Source: Camelus dromedarius (taxonomy: Eukaryota). Taken from it: 64,000 bases of DNA. Made by a program: the position numbers and the translations under genes. The notes below the pieces were generated by a model. The model made no database searches and was not told the DNA's origin. It saw only the letters and a program-made list of their open reading frames with translations. Location of the stretch: NCBI RefSeq assembly GCF_036321535.1, contig NC_087436.1:33420001-33484000 (forward strand). The letters run 5' to 3'. Each line of letters opens with the position of its first letter. Within the stretch, counting starts at the first letter, position 1. Shown one piece after another: positions 1-13,110 of the stretch.

Positions 1-3000
1 TTAGCAGTGTCTTTCATCTCATTTTCTAATTTGTTATAGTTATTTGCATACATATATTTCCTCTTCCACCGAACTTAAAATTCTAGGAATAATGATTGAT
101 TTTTTTTCAAATTTCCCAATATGTCTCAGTAATTGAAATAAAGGGTAGAATATATGATTAATATTTAATTATATGAGTATGATGAGAGGAGACGGGAGCA
201 GTACAGAGTCCAAAAGCACGTGCCACTGTGCTGCAGAAGCAAACAGGGAAGGCTCGGCCTCTGAGCAAAAGAGCAAATCACTAGGCAAGTGGGCATCTGT
301 CATATCTGAAGGGAGAGGTAACTTTCCAGAACAGCAGCGAGGGGACATGACAAGCACTCATCGCCTCCTTCACTGTTGTGTTTAGACAGAGTAAACAGAC
401 ATTCAGTTACCGATGTGTGTTAACGCCTGCTGTAGCTTTTCCCTAGATTATTTTAAGTCAATAGCAGCAAAGGATGTCAGTCTGTATTTCTATTTTGTGA
501 GCCTAATGGCTCTTCAATAAATATTTATATGGCAGTCATGACTAAAATATTTTTTAATCAAGGCACTTCTCTTTTGGTTATTAGGGCAGGTTTGGTGATA
601 AACTCAGCAGTTATCTATTCCACTTGAACAGAACAGATTCTAAAGTTACTTGTTAGAACTTATGGTCAAGCGTTTTTCAGCATTTAAAACCTCATTTTAA
701 TTCACTGTAATACAGCGCACGCACACAAACACTTCTTTATTTTTCATTAACAATTCAATTCAACTCTCCGTATATTAAAGTCAGGAAACAGGCTGGATGA
801 AAAGTAAAAATAAAAAGTATTTAAAACTTCATGAATAATTTTTAGGAATGAACATTTTCTTATCACACCACAAACTTTGGGATCTTGAATCCTAACACAT
901 GTTCCTTGCTTTGAGATACCTATTCAACTTTTCTCCATCGGTGAATAATGATTGGGAAAGAGAGAGGAATTACGTATATGTATTGAGTGTACAGGACTGG
1001 ATGGAAGGAGAAATGGTGCCCACTAAGAGAAGGAGTTGGCCAAGTAAGCATCAGGGAGCCCCCACTGGTATCATCAAACACTATAAATGGTGTCTGTCAT
1101 GTACAATTGTCCTAGGATCCCTCCAAGGGCCTGATCAGGGTGAAGGAAAACTCTTATGAGCCCCAGTGGTTAAAAATGTAATGTTTCCAGCTAGCCACCA
1201 TAGTCTCCAGACATGAGATTTTGTTATAAATACGACAAACCATAATGATACCTTTCTACCACTTTCCTGGTTTAAATGATTAAGCAGAAAACCAGCCGTA
1301 TGTGTACACAGGAAAGCACCTTCACAGGTTGTTGCTTATGCCAGATCTTTTGTGAGGTAGGGACACTGACATTCCAAAATCTCTCCTGGGTACTAACCAT
1401 CAGCATCAGACCTCATTCTGGCACTTACCTTTATGTGCATATAAATGATCTCAAAAGTGCTTTTTGCTTTGTTGTGTTTAAGTCAGTGAAAGCTTATTAG
1501 AATAATGTTCTCTGTTTTTATCTCAGATATTGATTATTAAGTTGGATCATTTGGACATTTCCTTCACAGTCTGAGTTTTTTTTTTTTCACACATTTTACA
1601 TGTATAATCATTAATTTTCTGTCATATCTCCACCTTCTGTCACTGCTGTAGTCATTTATTCCTTTCCACCTTCTCATCCAACTATTAATAAGGAGATTTG
1701 CTGCTAATCAACAGAACTTAACTCTCATTGTTTCTGACTTTTCAGATCTGCACTCTCAAATATTTTTTTAAAGGTTAAATGTTGCATCATAGAAACATCT
1801 TGAGCAGACAGAAATATCCATGGTGCGCAGTCATTCAGATCTGGTATTGGAACATTAACAGAGAGAAATTAAGCATGCAAGAGTCAGGAAATTCCAAAGT
1901 TAAAATTCCCATAGTAACATTAATTCATCTACTTCAGAAAGATAGAATTTAAAGTCCTCCATAGTTATCTTAGCAGAGAACTGTTTATAAACCATATCTA
2001 CGTTTTTGGAATTAAAGATATATTGTGATACTCAACATTTTGCACACTTCACAATTTCACAATAATTATGCTTTATAAAGTAAAGCATGGAAATACTGAG
2101 ATGTTGCACTCACTGTCATACTTCAGCTTGATTCTTATATATCATGGACCTATTTAGATTTAGAAATGCTTTTCCACTTTCATTTCAATATTGACCTCTC
2201 ATAACTCATCTAATCATTTTGTAAAAATTCATGCACACATAGCATTTAACTTAGACTAAGGTTTGGCTAGCTTTATCAAGCCATCTGCTCATTATTATCT
2301 CAGTAGTATATCTCATAGAGGAATCTGAAAACTTTTAAATGGAAAAATAGACATTCAAAAATAGTCTAATAGTTACAAATAAGAATATTCTTTCAAAAAG
2401 CCTTTATTTTAATATTTAATATTTTGTCTTTGAAAAGTTGTGCAATAAGATGTTTACTGTTACTTTCTTCCTGAATGGTTTATATTAATAAACTATTAAC
2501 AAATTAATAAACGTATTTACATACTAATGTATGCATGTATACCTCATGTCAATTACATAATGCATATATATCCTCCCGAGGCTGTGGCATAGCTAACATG
2601 TTCTTTTTTTCTTTTTTAAGGAAGTCAAAAATATACATTGAATGTTCTTCAATCAATTATTTTTGTTTTATTCGGCTTCATAAACCGAGAAATTTTGTTT
2701 CTTCAGCAAGATAAGAAATACTAGAATTTCTTTTCTTTGGTCATTTGAGTTTTTAACTTTTTAAAATTCATCTCTTCCTTACAAGTCTTTATAGTTTAAC
2801 ATAGATGTTTCTCCCCTTACATCGCTATCAGGAGTTTTTAATGGGATTTATTAATTTTGACTCTTGCAGTTTATTCTTTTCTTTCAAAATTGACTCATGA
2901 TTTGGTAAAATACTATGAAAAAATTGTATATGTATTTACACTCACAAATTTATTCGTCTTTATTTCCCTATTGACATGGTATGATTTGGTTTTAAATATT

Positions 3001-4185
3001 TAAAGTAGGTCATGATACGAGGTAGGTCACCTCTCGTCATTCTTATCTCCTTTTTATCTAACGTAACACAGTTTATTCATGTACAGAATGAAATTTAATA
3101 TTCTCGCCTTCTTACATCTCCTGAATTTAAGTATTATGTAAGTCCTTTAAGATTCTATTGGGATTTTAATTTAAAATATGTTAAATTGATAAATTAACTG
3201 GATGAGAACAGGTATTTCTATAGCACTTAATATTTCCAGCTGGGGCAGAGTATGCCTCTTCCTTTACAAACAATTTATTTACATTTTTTCCATTAGAATG
3301 TGTAACTTTCTTTGTTCTAACACAATTCTCATGAAGTTTATATCTAAATAGAAGATAAATGCTTGCTATTGCTAACACTTGATTTTTTCAATATTTTTAC
3401 TGTGGCAATTGCTAGTAAATAAGCCTGATATTTAGTTTTATTTATTAATCAACTATCCATGTTCCTTTTAAATCTGTTTTATTAGTGCACTTAGTGTTTT
3501 GTTTATATTTATCTTGACAATCTTCTTATTATGGATGATATTTCTGAAGGAATAATTGCCAGAATGCCATGGTATTATTATGCTGTTTTTAAAATGAAGC
3601 ATAAAACAGTGGGAATCATTCCATGGGGTTGCTAAATTCAGTACTTAGAGCAAATCACCGTGAGCACATGGCAGATTGGTCTCAGTACCAGCTGTTGTTA
3701 TTAATATGTTTTACATTATTAATTGTGTGGAGTATCTTGTTTTGTAGAATGGAAATTGGAAAATACCAGATTTCATTTTTTTTTTTTTTTTTTTTTTGCA
3801 TTCGCTTGAACATATTTTGCACATTTCTGGAAGTTACAGCAGACCATCCTTTGTGCTGTAGCTGGTTTTGGAATCTGACTAATACGATATTGTAACATAA
3901 ATAGTACTTAAGATTGAACCTTTGTGAAAAGCAAGCAGAGCAGGAAATCTAGAACTCTCATGAAAGAGCTTGGGCTGCTTTCCCTAGAGGCTGGATAGAG
4001 CATACTCGAGTTTATCTTAAAATTGTGGTGGCGTTTTCTCCAAAAGTTAAACTGGCAAGTTTTTGTGTGTGGTTTAGTTTGGTTTTGTTCTGTTTTTGTT
4101 GTTGTTATTGTTTGTTTTGTCAGGGAAGGTAATTGTTTATACCTACTTTAACATTACCTCTTATTTAACCCATTATAATGACCTT

Positions 4186-4206
4186 TGTGTGTGTGTGTGT
4201 GTGTGT
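4186..4206. repeat. (TG)n microsatellite
   Basis: Direct read of about 10 TG units. Confidence 0.95.
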
Positions 4207-5339
4207 AATACTTTGTCTCATGTTTACAAAGTTATTTTTAATTGCTGAGTGACAGATTGGTCTGTGGATCCACTTAAGTTGTCTGGTTTTTCTCTTGATT
4301 ATGATTCATATGTTTTGCTATTTGATGTGTGTATTAAATTTTATTTTATAAACCAGGCATTGTAGGGTATACATTATAGAAACTCTTGAATTTATCTTCC
4401 CTCTACATAGTATTTAGTTTTGCCCAAACAAGGAATGGAAATGAGTGGATTACCAGGATCTTCTGGAGGTTTGGTTTTCAGCATTTTTGAGGTAGTTGTG
4501 ACCTTAATCCTAGATCATATATCTTGGCCATTAAGTATGAGTTTTGTTCCTGGGGCATAGCCATTCTAGAGTTTCAGTGGAAAATGTGATGTGCTTCGTA
4601 AGCCACTCTAACTCAGCAGGCCTCCAAGTGATGTCTTCCTTGTGGTTTTTACATTTTCTACTCAAGATAGTTAACCTTCCAAATATTGCTTTCTGTGAAT
4701 TTTCTTGGATTCTTGTCTTACACACAAGCATTTTGGAAATCACCGGAGGATTTGAGTGAAATTTACACGGGGAATTTGGGGCTCTCCTCAACTGTGATTC
4801 CCTCTAGCCTCCAGGCAGTTTAGAACTCTGACTTCTGAAGGCTTAGCTCTTTAAGGTTGCCATTTGTCAGCTTGGGACTTGAACCGGATAACTGATAATG
4901 CCCTCTGGGAAAAATCTGGTTAGATGTTGACCTTACCTACTATTCCTTTGAGTTGCTGTATTCTGTTTAATGCCAGTGTGCCTTTGGTGACTTTCTAGGG
5001 ACTTAGTTATTTTTTTGTCTTATTTATTTATTCCCCCCACACCACCCTGCCACCACACTGAGTTTATAATGATTATTGGTAAGTAATCTTTTTTCAGTTA
5101 GTTAAACAAAAGCAGAATGCTATTTTAAAGAAAAATCTCAGATCTTTTGAAGATGAATAATTAGTAGACGTATCCAAGTTCTCTTTTTTCCTCAGTTATC
5201 TCTCATCCAGTCAGCAGTAAATCTAAAATTTTTGTCTCGATATTTTTCTTTCATGTTATTGTCTGTAGTAAATGTGATTTGTACCCTATCAGGTCATTCT
5301 CTACTAGACTAAATTTTTTACTATTCTCTAGTTGATGAT

Positions 5340-5694
5340 TATGTTGGCTGCTAACAGTTCACAGCTCATGTTTGCCTTCTCTTTGGGAGAATTGCCCTCA
5401 GCTACCTTGCCTGGAAAATCACATTTCTTCCGTGAGCAAACTGCAGAAAATTAACGACTGATACAAGGGTTATAAGATGCAGGGACAGTTCTGCAGTGCA
5501 ATTTACTCTCCAAGGCCCCCATGTTATACTCGTAAAGCTAATCTTTCCTGAGAAAGCATGTGTACCTAGCTCTTTACCCTTTCCTATCCTGTTTTCCTTA
5601 TTCCTGTATGGACTTTCTTATCACTTCCTAAAAATCACTTGTGCATAATCTCAGTTTTCAGATTTTGTTTCTAGGGAAGCCAAGGCTCAAGACA
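5340..5694 (+). mobile_element. ERVL solo LTR, LTR16 family (degenerate)
   Basis: The 3' end AAATCACTTGTGCATAATCTCAGTTTTCAGATTTTGTTTCTAGGGAAGCCAAGGCTCAAGACA resembles the recalled LTR16 terminus (...ctcagngtctgcttctagggaacccaacctaagaca). The 5' boundary is approximate. Confidence 0.65.
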
Positions 5695-5767
5695 TTGACT
5701 TTCCTTAAATATTTACAAATAAATATTTATAATCCTTTTACAAATATTTAAGGAAAGTCAATGTCTT
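5689..5767. repeat. Perfect 26-bp inverted repeat with 27-bp spacer
   Basis: AAGACATTGACTTTCCTTAAATATTT (5689-5714) and its exact reverse complement AAATATTTAAGGAAAGTCAATGTCTT (5742-5767). Confidence 0.95.
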
Positions 5768-5994
5768 ATATATAGGAAGTACATTCATTGTTCTTTACGA
5801 GAAAGGCAGTGAACAATGGACCGGAAATTCTGTGCACTTGAAAGGGCTTGTCAGCTAGCAAGACTTCATTTCTGATACCTCAGATCCCAGTATGTCAGAA
5901 GCCGGAGGGATTGCTAGAAGGCAAGAGGCTTTAGTCATTTGAACTGTCGCTTGTAAGTATGTAAAGATGTAAATTTTTTTTTTTTTTTAGCTAT

Positions 5995-6225
5995 CTACAA
6001 TGTCCCTTAGCATGTTTTTTTCTCTAATTTTTAAAAAATTTTATTCAGTTTGGTGGTCACTGAGCATCTTGAATCTGTAAATTTATGTCTTTCTCCAAAT
6101 TCTGAAAGTTTTAGTCCTTATTTATTCAAAAAAATTTTGTTTCTGTTCTGTTCTCTCTCTCCTCTCTTCCTGGGATCTCTAATCAATGAGACTCTGTTTA
6201 TGTACTTTTTTAACAGATACACTTG
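5995..6225 (-). mobile_element. Old L1M ORF1-region fragment (probably resumes at about 9160-9330)
   Basis: GAGCATCTTGAATCTGTAAATTTATGTCTTTCTCCAAATTCTGAAAGTTTTAG...CTCTTCCTGGGATCTCTAAT is typical antisense L1 ORF1-region sequence. Confidence 0.55.
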
Positions 6226-6229
6226 TGCT

Positions 6230-8647
6230 TGCGGTATCGATGCCGTGTGGAGCCCTTGGTTGACACCTCTATGTCAGATATAGCAAAGACAATGCCATCC
6301 TCTGTAGGTGCTATTCACCTTTTAAGAGGAAAAATACAAAAACAAATAAACAACCCCCTACCAAGATCTCTTACTACTGGGCTTTAGTAGAAGCTGAACG
6401 CTTAAGCATGGACCACCGAGTTCCTGTGAGATCAAAAGACTCTTGACATGCCTGTGGTTTGACCCACAGAGCCAGGCAGTTGGCTGTGCCTGTGGGTGGC
6501 ATATATGAGACTGGGCTTGAGCAGAACCTGAAGCCTTGATGTCGTGTGAGCAAGTGTGTTCCCTCCCTTGTTCCCCACCATCTCTCCCCCTGCTTCACTG
6601 TCTCCTGCCTTTCAGTGCATAGCTATAGGTTCATCGCAAGTTCTCTATGACTAATTGGCTGTGAAAGAAAAAAATTATTGTCGTGGTTTAGTGGTGGTTC
6701 TGTGTGGTTATGCTTGCTCTACTCTAAATTGGATAAATTTTGTGTATTGAGCACTATGGCCTCAAGGGTGGTCCTGAAAGAAGTGGTGAAAGAAATTTCT
6801 CAAAGTGGTAGGGCTTGGAGGAATGCATCTCTTATTTTATCTGTAATGAGAGAATGCCAGAGATAGAGATTTTCAGTGATTTATTATCAGTAGATAATGA
6901 TTTGACTGGATGCTTAGAGACATAGAAGAACACAGTTTTGAAAATTGGTGACGAAGTAGGGTGAAGAGGACGACTGTGGATGGTCTTCTTTAGACAGAGT
7001 GTTAAAGTATTTTTATTCCATTAAACAAAATACGCACCAGACAGCAAGCTCAGCTGCAGAGACTCTTAGTAATCAGGTGGTTAGGATGACCTGTTCCATG
7101 GATGTCAGTCTGCCTCTTGCTTCAGCCCATCTTGTTCTTGCTAAATAGTGTTATGAAGCAAGCTTATTACTTGAACTTATCACAGGGCTTAGGAACCTGG
7201 ATTTTCACCCAACAAGGCCAGAAAAATAAACTGGACATTGTGAGTGCTCATTTGCCAGCAGAAGAGTCCAACACTGTCTCTGTGATATAGCAGGTTGATG
7301 ACGCTGGAACACCTTTATGGTGAAAGAAACAAAGTGCTTTGTTCTCACTAAAATAGACAATTGCTGTGGATATGAACATACCGTTCCTTCTGATGGTACT
7401 TTTAACAAAATGACCAGTTATGGACTTACAGAATGTCTTGTTTATCATCATGGTAATCCACAGAGCAGTGCTCTGACCACGGAGACTTAAAAGCAAATGA
7501 ATTTTAGAAATGGGCTCATGCTCCTGCAGTTCACTGGTTTATGGTCCTCATAACTTAAAGCAGCTGGACTGATGGAATTGTTTAATGGCCTTTTGAAGAC
7601 TTGTGTATAGTGACTTCAGGCGAAAAGCAATACTTTGGCTGGTTGGAATAATATTCTTTAAAATATGGCATATCCTTTGAATAAGCAACCAAAATATGGC
7701 AGTCTTTTTTTTTATAGCCAGGGTTCATGGGTTCAGGGAGCATGGTGTGGCAAATAGGGTACTTCTCTCACAGTTACCCCTAAAGATTCTATAATAAAAG
7801 TTTTACTTCCTGGTCTGTACCTTTTGGCTCTGCTAGTTTGTAGGTCTTAGTTTTCGAGGGAGGACTGCATTCACAAAGAGACAAAGCAATGGTTCCACTA
7901 AATTAGAAGCTGAAACTCTCACCCAGCTACTTTGGGTTTATCATGCCCCTGAACTGTTAGACAAAAGAGGAAGTTACTTTCTGGAAGAAGTGATCCTATC
8001 AAGGTTAAAATGAGTTGTTAATATATCCCATTTAATTCCTGATGATGGGGAGAGTATGTCTGGAATGTAAGGGACCTTCTGGGGGACCTCCTAGTGCATC
8101 CATATCCTGTGATAAATTTTAGTGGGGAAAAAAAAATACAAGACTGTCGCTGGCACAGACTTCTCAGGAATGATGGTTTGGATGGATGCACCAAGCAGTG
8201 AACCACGATGAAGTGCTTGGTGAGGGCAAAGGGAAGAAGAGTGCTTTAAATAGCTGCTCTGACTCCCTGAATAGTAGGTAAAAATACTGCTGTAGTTTAT
8301 ATTTTTCTTTGCTTTGATATGAATGCATATATGTGAGTATTATCCAGTTCTTTTTTTTTTTATTTCTTATTCCTCCACTGTCTACAGAAGATATGTTAAG
8401 AGCAGTTAACCTTGTATCTCAGTATTTGAGTTACAGAATGTCAGAGGAGTGTGACTGAGCTAGAATGATCTTACTCACAGATGGATAAAGTGAGACTCTG
8501 TGTCTCCTTTGCCTAAGTGTTAGCATATCTTGTTTGAAAGACAGAGAATTGCATAAATGTGGGTGAAAGCATAATTTTGATATCTCTTTGGGAGGTTATA
8601 TATGGTTAAAAGATGATCATAAGAACACCACGTTGTGGTAGCTGGAC
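6230..8647 (+). mobile_element. Decayed ERVL internal region (pol 3' part/RNase H, integrase, dUTPase remnants), no intact ORF
   Basis: HERV-L-like motifs occur in the expected order: TTACTACTGGGCTTTAGTAGAAGCTGAACG (about 6371); GCAGGTTGATGACGCTGGAACAC...TTTGTTCTCACTAAAATAGACA (integrase WQVD..G/IDT region, about 7290-7360); GGTTCCACTAAATTAGAAGCTGAAACTCTCACCCAGCTACTTTGGG (dUTPase, about 7890-7936). Many stops and frameshifts. It ends at a degenerate PPT ...GGAC before TG. Confidence 0.8.
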
Positions 8648-9158
8648 TGTGTGGTACGGATTAGAGTGGCCAAAAGAGAAGCATGTGTGGGCGTCGGAAG
8701 GTGGAAGTAAAGCTGTGGCCCTTATTCTCAGAAAGTTGCATGGTCAGGTGAGTCTCAGACAGACTTCAGTGGGTCCCAGTTTGTCTTCTGTTCATTTTTC
8801 AGTTTGTTTTTTCAAATGATGGCCCTTCTAACACTGGCCAAGGCCAACATCAGAAGACTGTGGACTCAGGGAGACAGGAGTTTGCCGTAAGCTGCTCGAT
8901 GACCTCCCGTTTGCATCTCCAGTGTAGTGCCAGGATGCGCTTTGTGTGTTGGGTTTGCCTACAGACTCCTGCTTTACCACCTGTGTTGGTACGTCAGGCA
9001 GCTTGATGAGTAATTCTTTCTTTCATTACACATCCACTCCCAGACTTTCACTTCCCTAGGACCCCCAATATTTGTACCAGATATACTTCCTATCATAAAT
9101 TTCTATTTACCATTAGACATAGTTGCTCAGATCCCCTGATTCAACCTTAACTTATGTA
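8648..9158 (+). mobile_element. ERVL 3' LTR (LTR41/MLT2-like)
   Basis: Starts TGTG immediately after the internal ...GGAC. Ends ATAAATTTCTATTT...CATAGTTGCTCAGATCCCCTGATTCAACCTTAACTTATGTA, resembling the ERVL LTR terminus ...ccctgactgaaccctgactgataca. Confidence 0.6.
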
Positions 9159-9689
9159 TTCAGTGAATCGCTTTTAATCTCTAGTTAATTTTGCTTCATT
9201 CGTAGCGATCGGTCTGGTCTCTTTGAAGTTTGACCTTATTCCTTCATAATTCATTTTTTAATTTATCATTTTAAATTCATATGTTTTATTCTGTATCTGA
9301 AAGTCCTATTATGTCAAGTCATCAGTATGCATGCAGTTGCCTTCTAGTAGGTCACATCAAAGAATGGCATTGTACTCTACAATAATTGAGAAAGTCTGTC
9401 TTTAAATGCTAAGAAACACTCCCCATTTCCAGGTCTTTCTGCAGGTAACAGCTCATTGTACTTGCAGAAATTATGCATGGCTTCTTGGAGAGGATGTTTT
9501 GAATTTTCTTAAAGTTTTGAGCTGGAATTTACTGGAAAATTATTGTAGTAGATTGAGTTGTCATTGATTGGTAAGCTTAATTATCCTTGCTACTCAGCAA
9601 GATAAGATGTTTAACAAGAATTTCATAGCAGCATAGCAGTTATTGGAAAAAAAATTAAAATTATTTCATACATATGCCTTACTGTATTA

Positions 9690-10365
9690 AATGCCTCAAA
9701 TTTGCAAAGCTAAATTTAACAAGCCAAGCTTAAATCTCATCCTTTTCAATTCGATGGCCTCTCCTTTAGTTCTCTATTCTCATAGTTTCACAAATCACCA
9801 GAAGTGGTGGTCCTTTCATTCCAGTGTTAGTCATTCTACAGAGGCAAATCTGATTTTTCCTGTCCTCTTTAAATGTCTTCCTATTATTATAGAATAAAGT
9901 ACATGTTTATTGGTATGATTCGTACCCCCCACCTTAAAATTTAACCTCCTGTCATACAGTACTCCCCCAAACACACTGAATTAAAAAGCCACAAGAAATT
10001 ACCTCACTTACTGTGTCTTGCTTTTTCTGTCTGCTTGTTTGTGGACCTGCTTTTCTGTTTTTGTATTCCTACCAAATCCTGCTCAATTTTTGGCTACCAC
10101 TACATTGCTTCCAACAAGCTTTTCTTAATCTCCCTTATTATAATTTATAAATATCTTGTTGTGACAAGGATTATAATAAATAATTTAGACATATTTATAA
10201 TAAATAATTATAGTAAATAATAAAATATTGGAATTATTTGTGTATAACCTTGTCTCCCCCACTAGGCTTTAAACTCCTTGAGGAGAGGAAGTAAGTCATA
10301 GAAACATTTATATCTCCAGTGGCTAGCATGGCATTCCTGCTCAGTGCTCTATGAATATTCAGTCA
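9690..10365 (+). mobile_element. L2 (LINE2) 3' fragments
   Basis: CCCCACTAGGCTTTAAACTCCTTGAGGAGAGG...ATCTCCAGTGGCTAGCATGG...CTCTATGAATATT resembles the L2 3' end. Confidence 0.6.
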
Positions 10366-12894
10366 GCAGCATGTATGCTACAATTCTGTAATGCCTTATT
10401 AAAAGACTCTAACTATTGTTTCATAAAATGTTTACAAATACATGTCTGTTCATTTACGTTGCAGAGTTTAGCAGTGGTACCTGAAAAAGTGTTAAAAGTG
10501 GCCTAGATACTTTATGATGGAGTTAAGGAGCACTCAATTATCATGGGACTGAAATTAATCTAGGAAAATTAACTTGTGTGATAGTTAGATACTCTCTTGA
10601 GCTTTTTCATAATTTTTATTTTTTTTCCAATAATAAAACTGAATATGTATGTCATGATATAAGGGAGATACAACTGAAGACTCACACTTGCTAGGCTATC
10701 ATTTCAATAGTTACTAAAGTTAATGGCAATGTGAAAGCAAGGCTACTTTTTCCAGAGAAGAATATTTTACCAACAATACAAACATGATCGCTTCTAAAGT
10801 TAAAAATGAGCTTGAAACTTTTGAACTCATTATCTTCAAAACAGCTTCAGCTCTGGCATAATATAACTTCTAAAAGCCTTTCTAGGATAAATTTAGAAGC
10901 AGAGCAAGAGATTCGAATACATATTTTTGTCCGTTTGCACAGATCAGGCTTCCACGTCCATGGAAGAGACATTCTAAAACGACCTCTTCAGCTTTCATTT
11001 ATCAGTCCCTAGAGCAACCCAGTGGTTTGCATTTTTAAAATTCCAAATTCCAGTAATTTGATAAATTTAGAATCCACATGTTTCTGTCAACACTGCAACT
11101 TTGTTTGAGAACACTCTTCTCACAAACTAAAGTAGGAATTTCCATAATAGTTGTTTGGATACTTATTAGTAGGACTGCAAATTCTGCCTAAAGTTTGTCC
11201 AAACGTGGAGTCATAGCTATTATAACTGAAAAGACCTCCCCAAATCATCCTTAAGCAAAACTGCAAAAAAAAAAATCTTGGCATCATCTTTAATTAGAGT
11301 CAAGCCTTTTCCCCATAGGACAAGCACCTCATTAAAACACATTTCCAAACCACTTACATGATTCTTTGACAATCTGGATCCCCCAGGTGCTTTTCAGTTG
11401 GCTGGGGAATCTGCTGATTGGTGATCACTTTGAAGACAGTTCAGATGTAGGTTGATGTAGAGGGCTGAAAACAGCTCCCAAATGAACAGAATTCCTAAAG
11501 GACTTTTCAGAGTTTTGAAGTACTTTAAGGAACTGCCCAGACAGGCAGGAGAAATGAATTCCAGTACAGATGTGCAGCTAATCATTTGTATGATCTTAGA
11601 CAATTCTCCCAAACTCCATTTGCTGTATTTATTTTATTAGAAAACTAAGTATGTGTGGGACCAGGGATGTGAAAGAGATGACAAGATCATCTCTTAAATA
11701 ACTTTTTAAGAAACTCTTAATACATAATTCTGGGATTGTGTGTCTGAATTTATTGGTTTCCAGGATTACATCAGATAAACTACCTCAATTATCATGGATT
11801 TCCATGCCTGTTCTGTATTTAGGTATCTTCTTTCGAAATATCTAGTTCTATAACTCCTCTCTTCCCCTACACATACACTCCTTACAAAATAATACCTAGA
11901 GAGGATTTCTTAATTCTGTCGCACCATGAATGTAGATGCAGCCTCAGGTCATCTGTCTAGAGGAGCATGATCGGGAGATGAGAAAAAATGTTACAGACGC
12001 GTATCCATGCATATTCCTGTTTCCTCAATTGCCTTCTTTCTTAGATTGTTTTGTTTCTTTGGCTCTTTGTTTCAGAGGGAAGGTAAAGCATTGCTATTAC
12101 CATTTACTTTGCAACTTTTAGAATTGCTAACACTGCCTGGTTTTATCTCAGTCTATGCCTTGATTTCTTGCTTGAAGAACGCTTTCACTCACCTGGTTCC
12201 AAGTTTATACACCTTTTCGAAGAAGTATTTCATACATTTTTTCTGAGTGGTCCTTTTACTTCCAGATTGCTCTCACCTTTCTGTAATACCTATCATACAC
12301 AAGTAAGGGTATAGAAAATATTTGTTAATCTCTGACAGAGGAAAACATGTACTACAATGAGGGATGCTTAGACGAAGCCTAAACAAGAGAGAGTTGGCAA
12401 ATGTATCGTTCCTTCCTTTCTTTCACATCCTCAACTCTTTTAAGAACCAGTGATTTTAGTTTTTATTCTGCGCTGTCCTTTATTGTGTCAGATCATTCCA
12501 GGTCTCTCTTTCCAGGAAATACCTAGCACTGCATGCAGATGTTTTTGATCATCCCTGCCTCAATCAAATACGTGTTCTTATACATTATTGATTTAGGATC
12601 TCTGATTTTTCTACAGAAATCACCCTTACAAAAAGCTTATAAACAATTTATGCTGTCTAATTTTTTAAAATGTAGTTCTGTAGTATTGTTTGAAACACAT
12701 TTTATACAGTAGCAACAATACTGTTCTAAATCTACATTTGATGAAGATTACTCAGGTAAATAAAAATATCCCCCCAATTTTTCTTAATTGTTCCTCATTA
12801 TAGGATGATGTTTGAACATTAGCATTAATAAAATAAAGCATCACATGAGCCAGAAACTCCTATAATCAAGAAAACTGTATGAAGAACTGAAAAA

Positions 12895-13110
12895 GAGAAT
12901 AAGGTTTTAGCCAGACTTCAAGGATCTAATCTTTCACTAGCTGTGTGTCCTTGAGATAATTGTACATCTTTTCTGAGTAATGTAGTTTATTCATCTTTGA
13001 AATGGGATAATAAAATTACCTGTCTTAGATTTGTTTTGAAAGTAACGTAAGAAACATATGTGATTTACTTAGTCTTAAAACATTGCACATATTCAATAAA
13101 TCGTTAATTG
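12895..13110 (+). mobile_element. MIR SINE
   Basis: Core CACTAGCTGTGTGTCCTTGAGATAATTG...TTCATCTTTGAAATGGGATAATAA and tail TCAATAAAT. Confidence 0.7.

Noticed and set aside
12713..12755. Plus-strand small exon (QQYCSKSTFDEDYS, CAG|GTAAAT donor)
   Set aside because: Weak pyrimidine tract, no partner exons and no recognisable protein.
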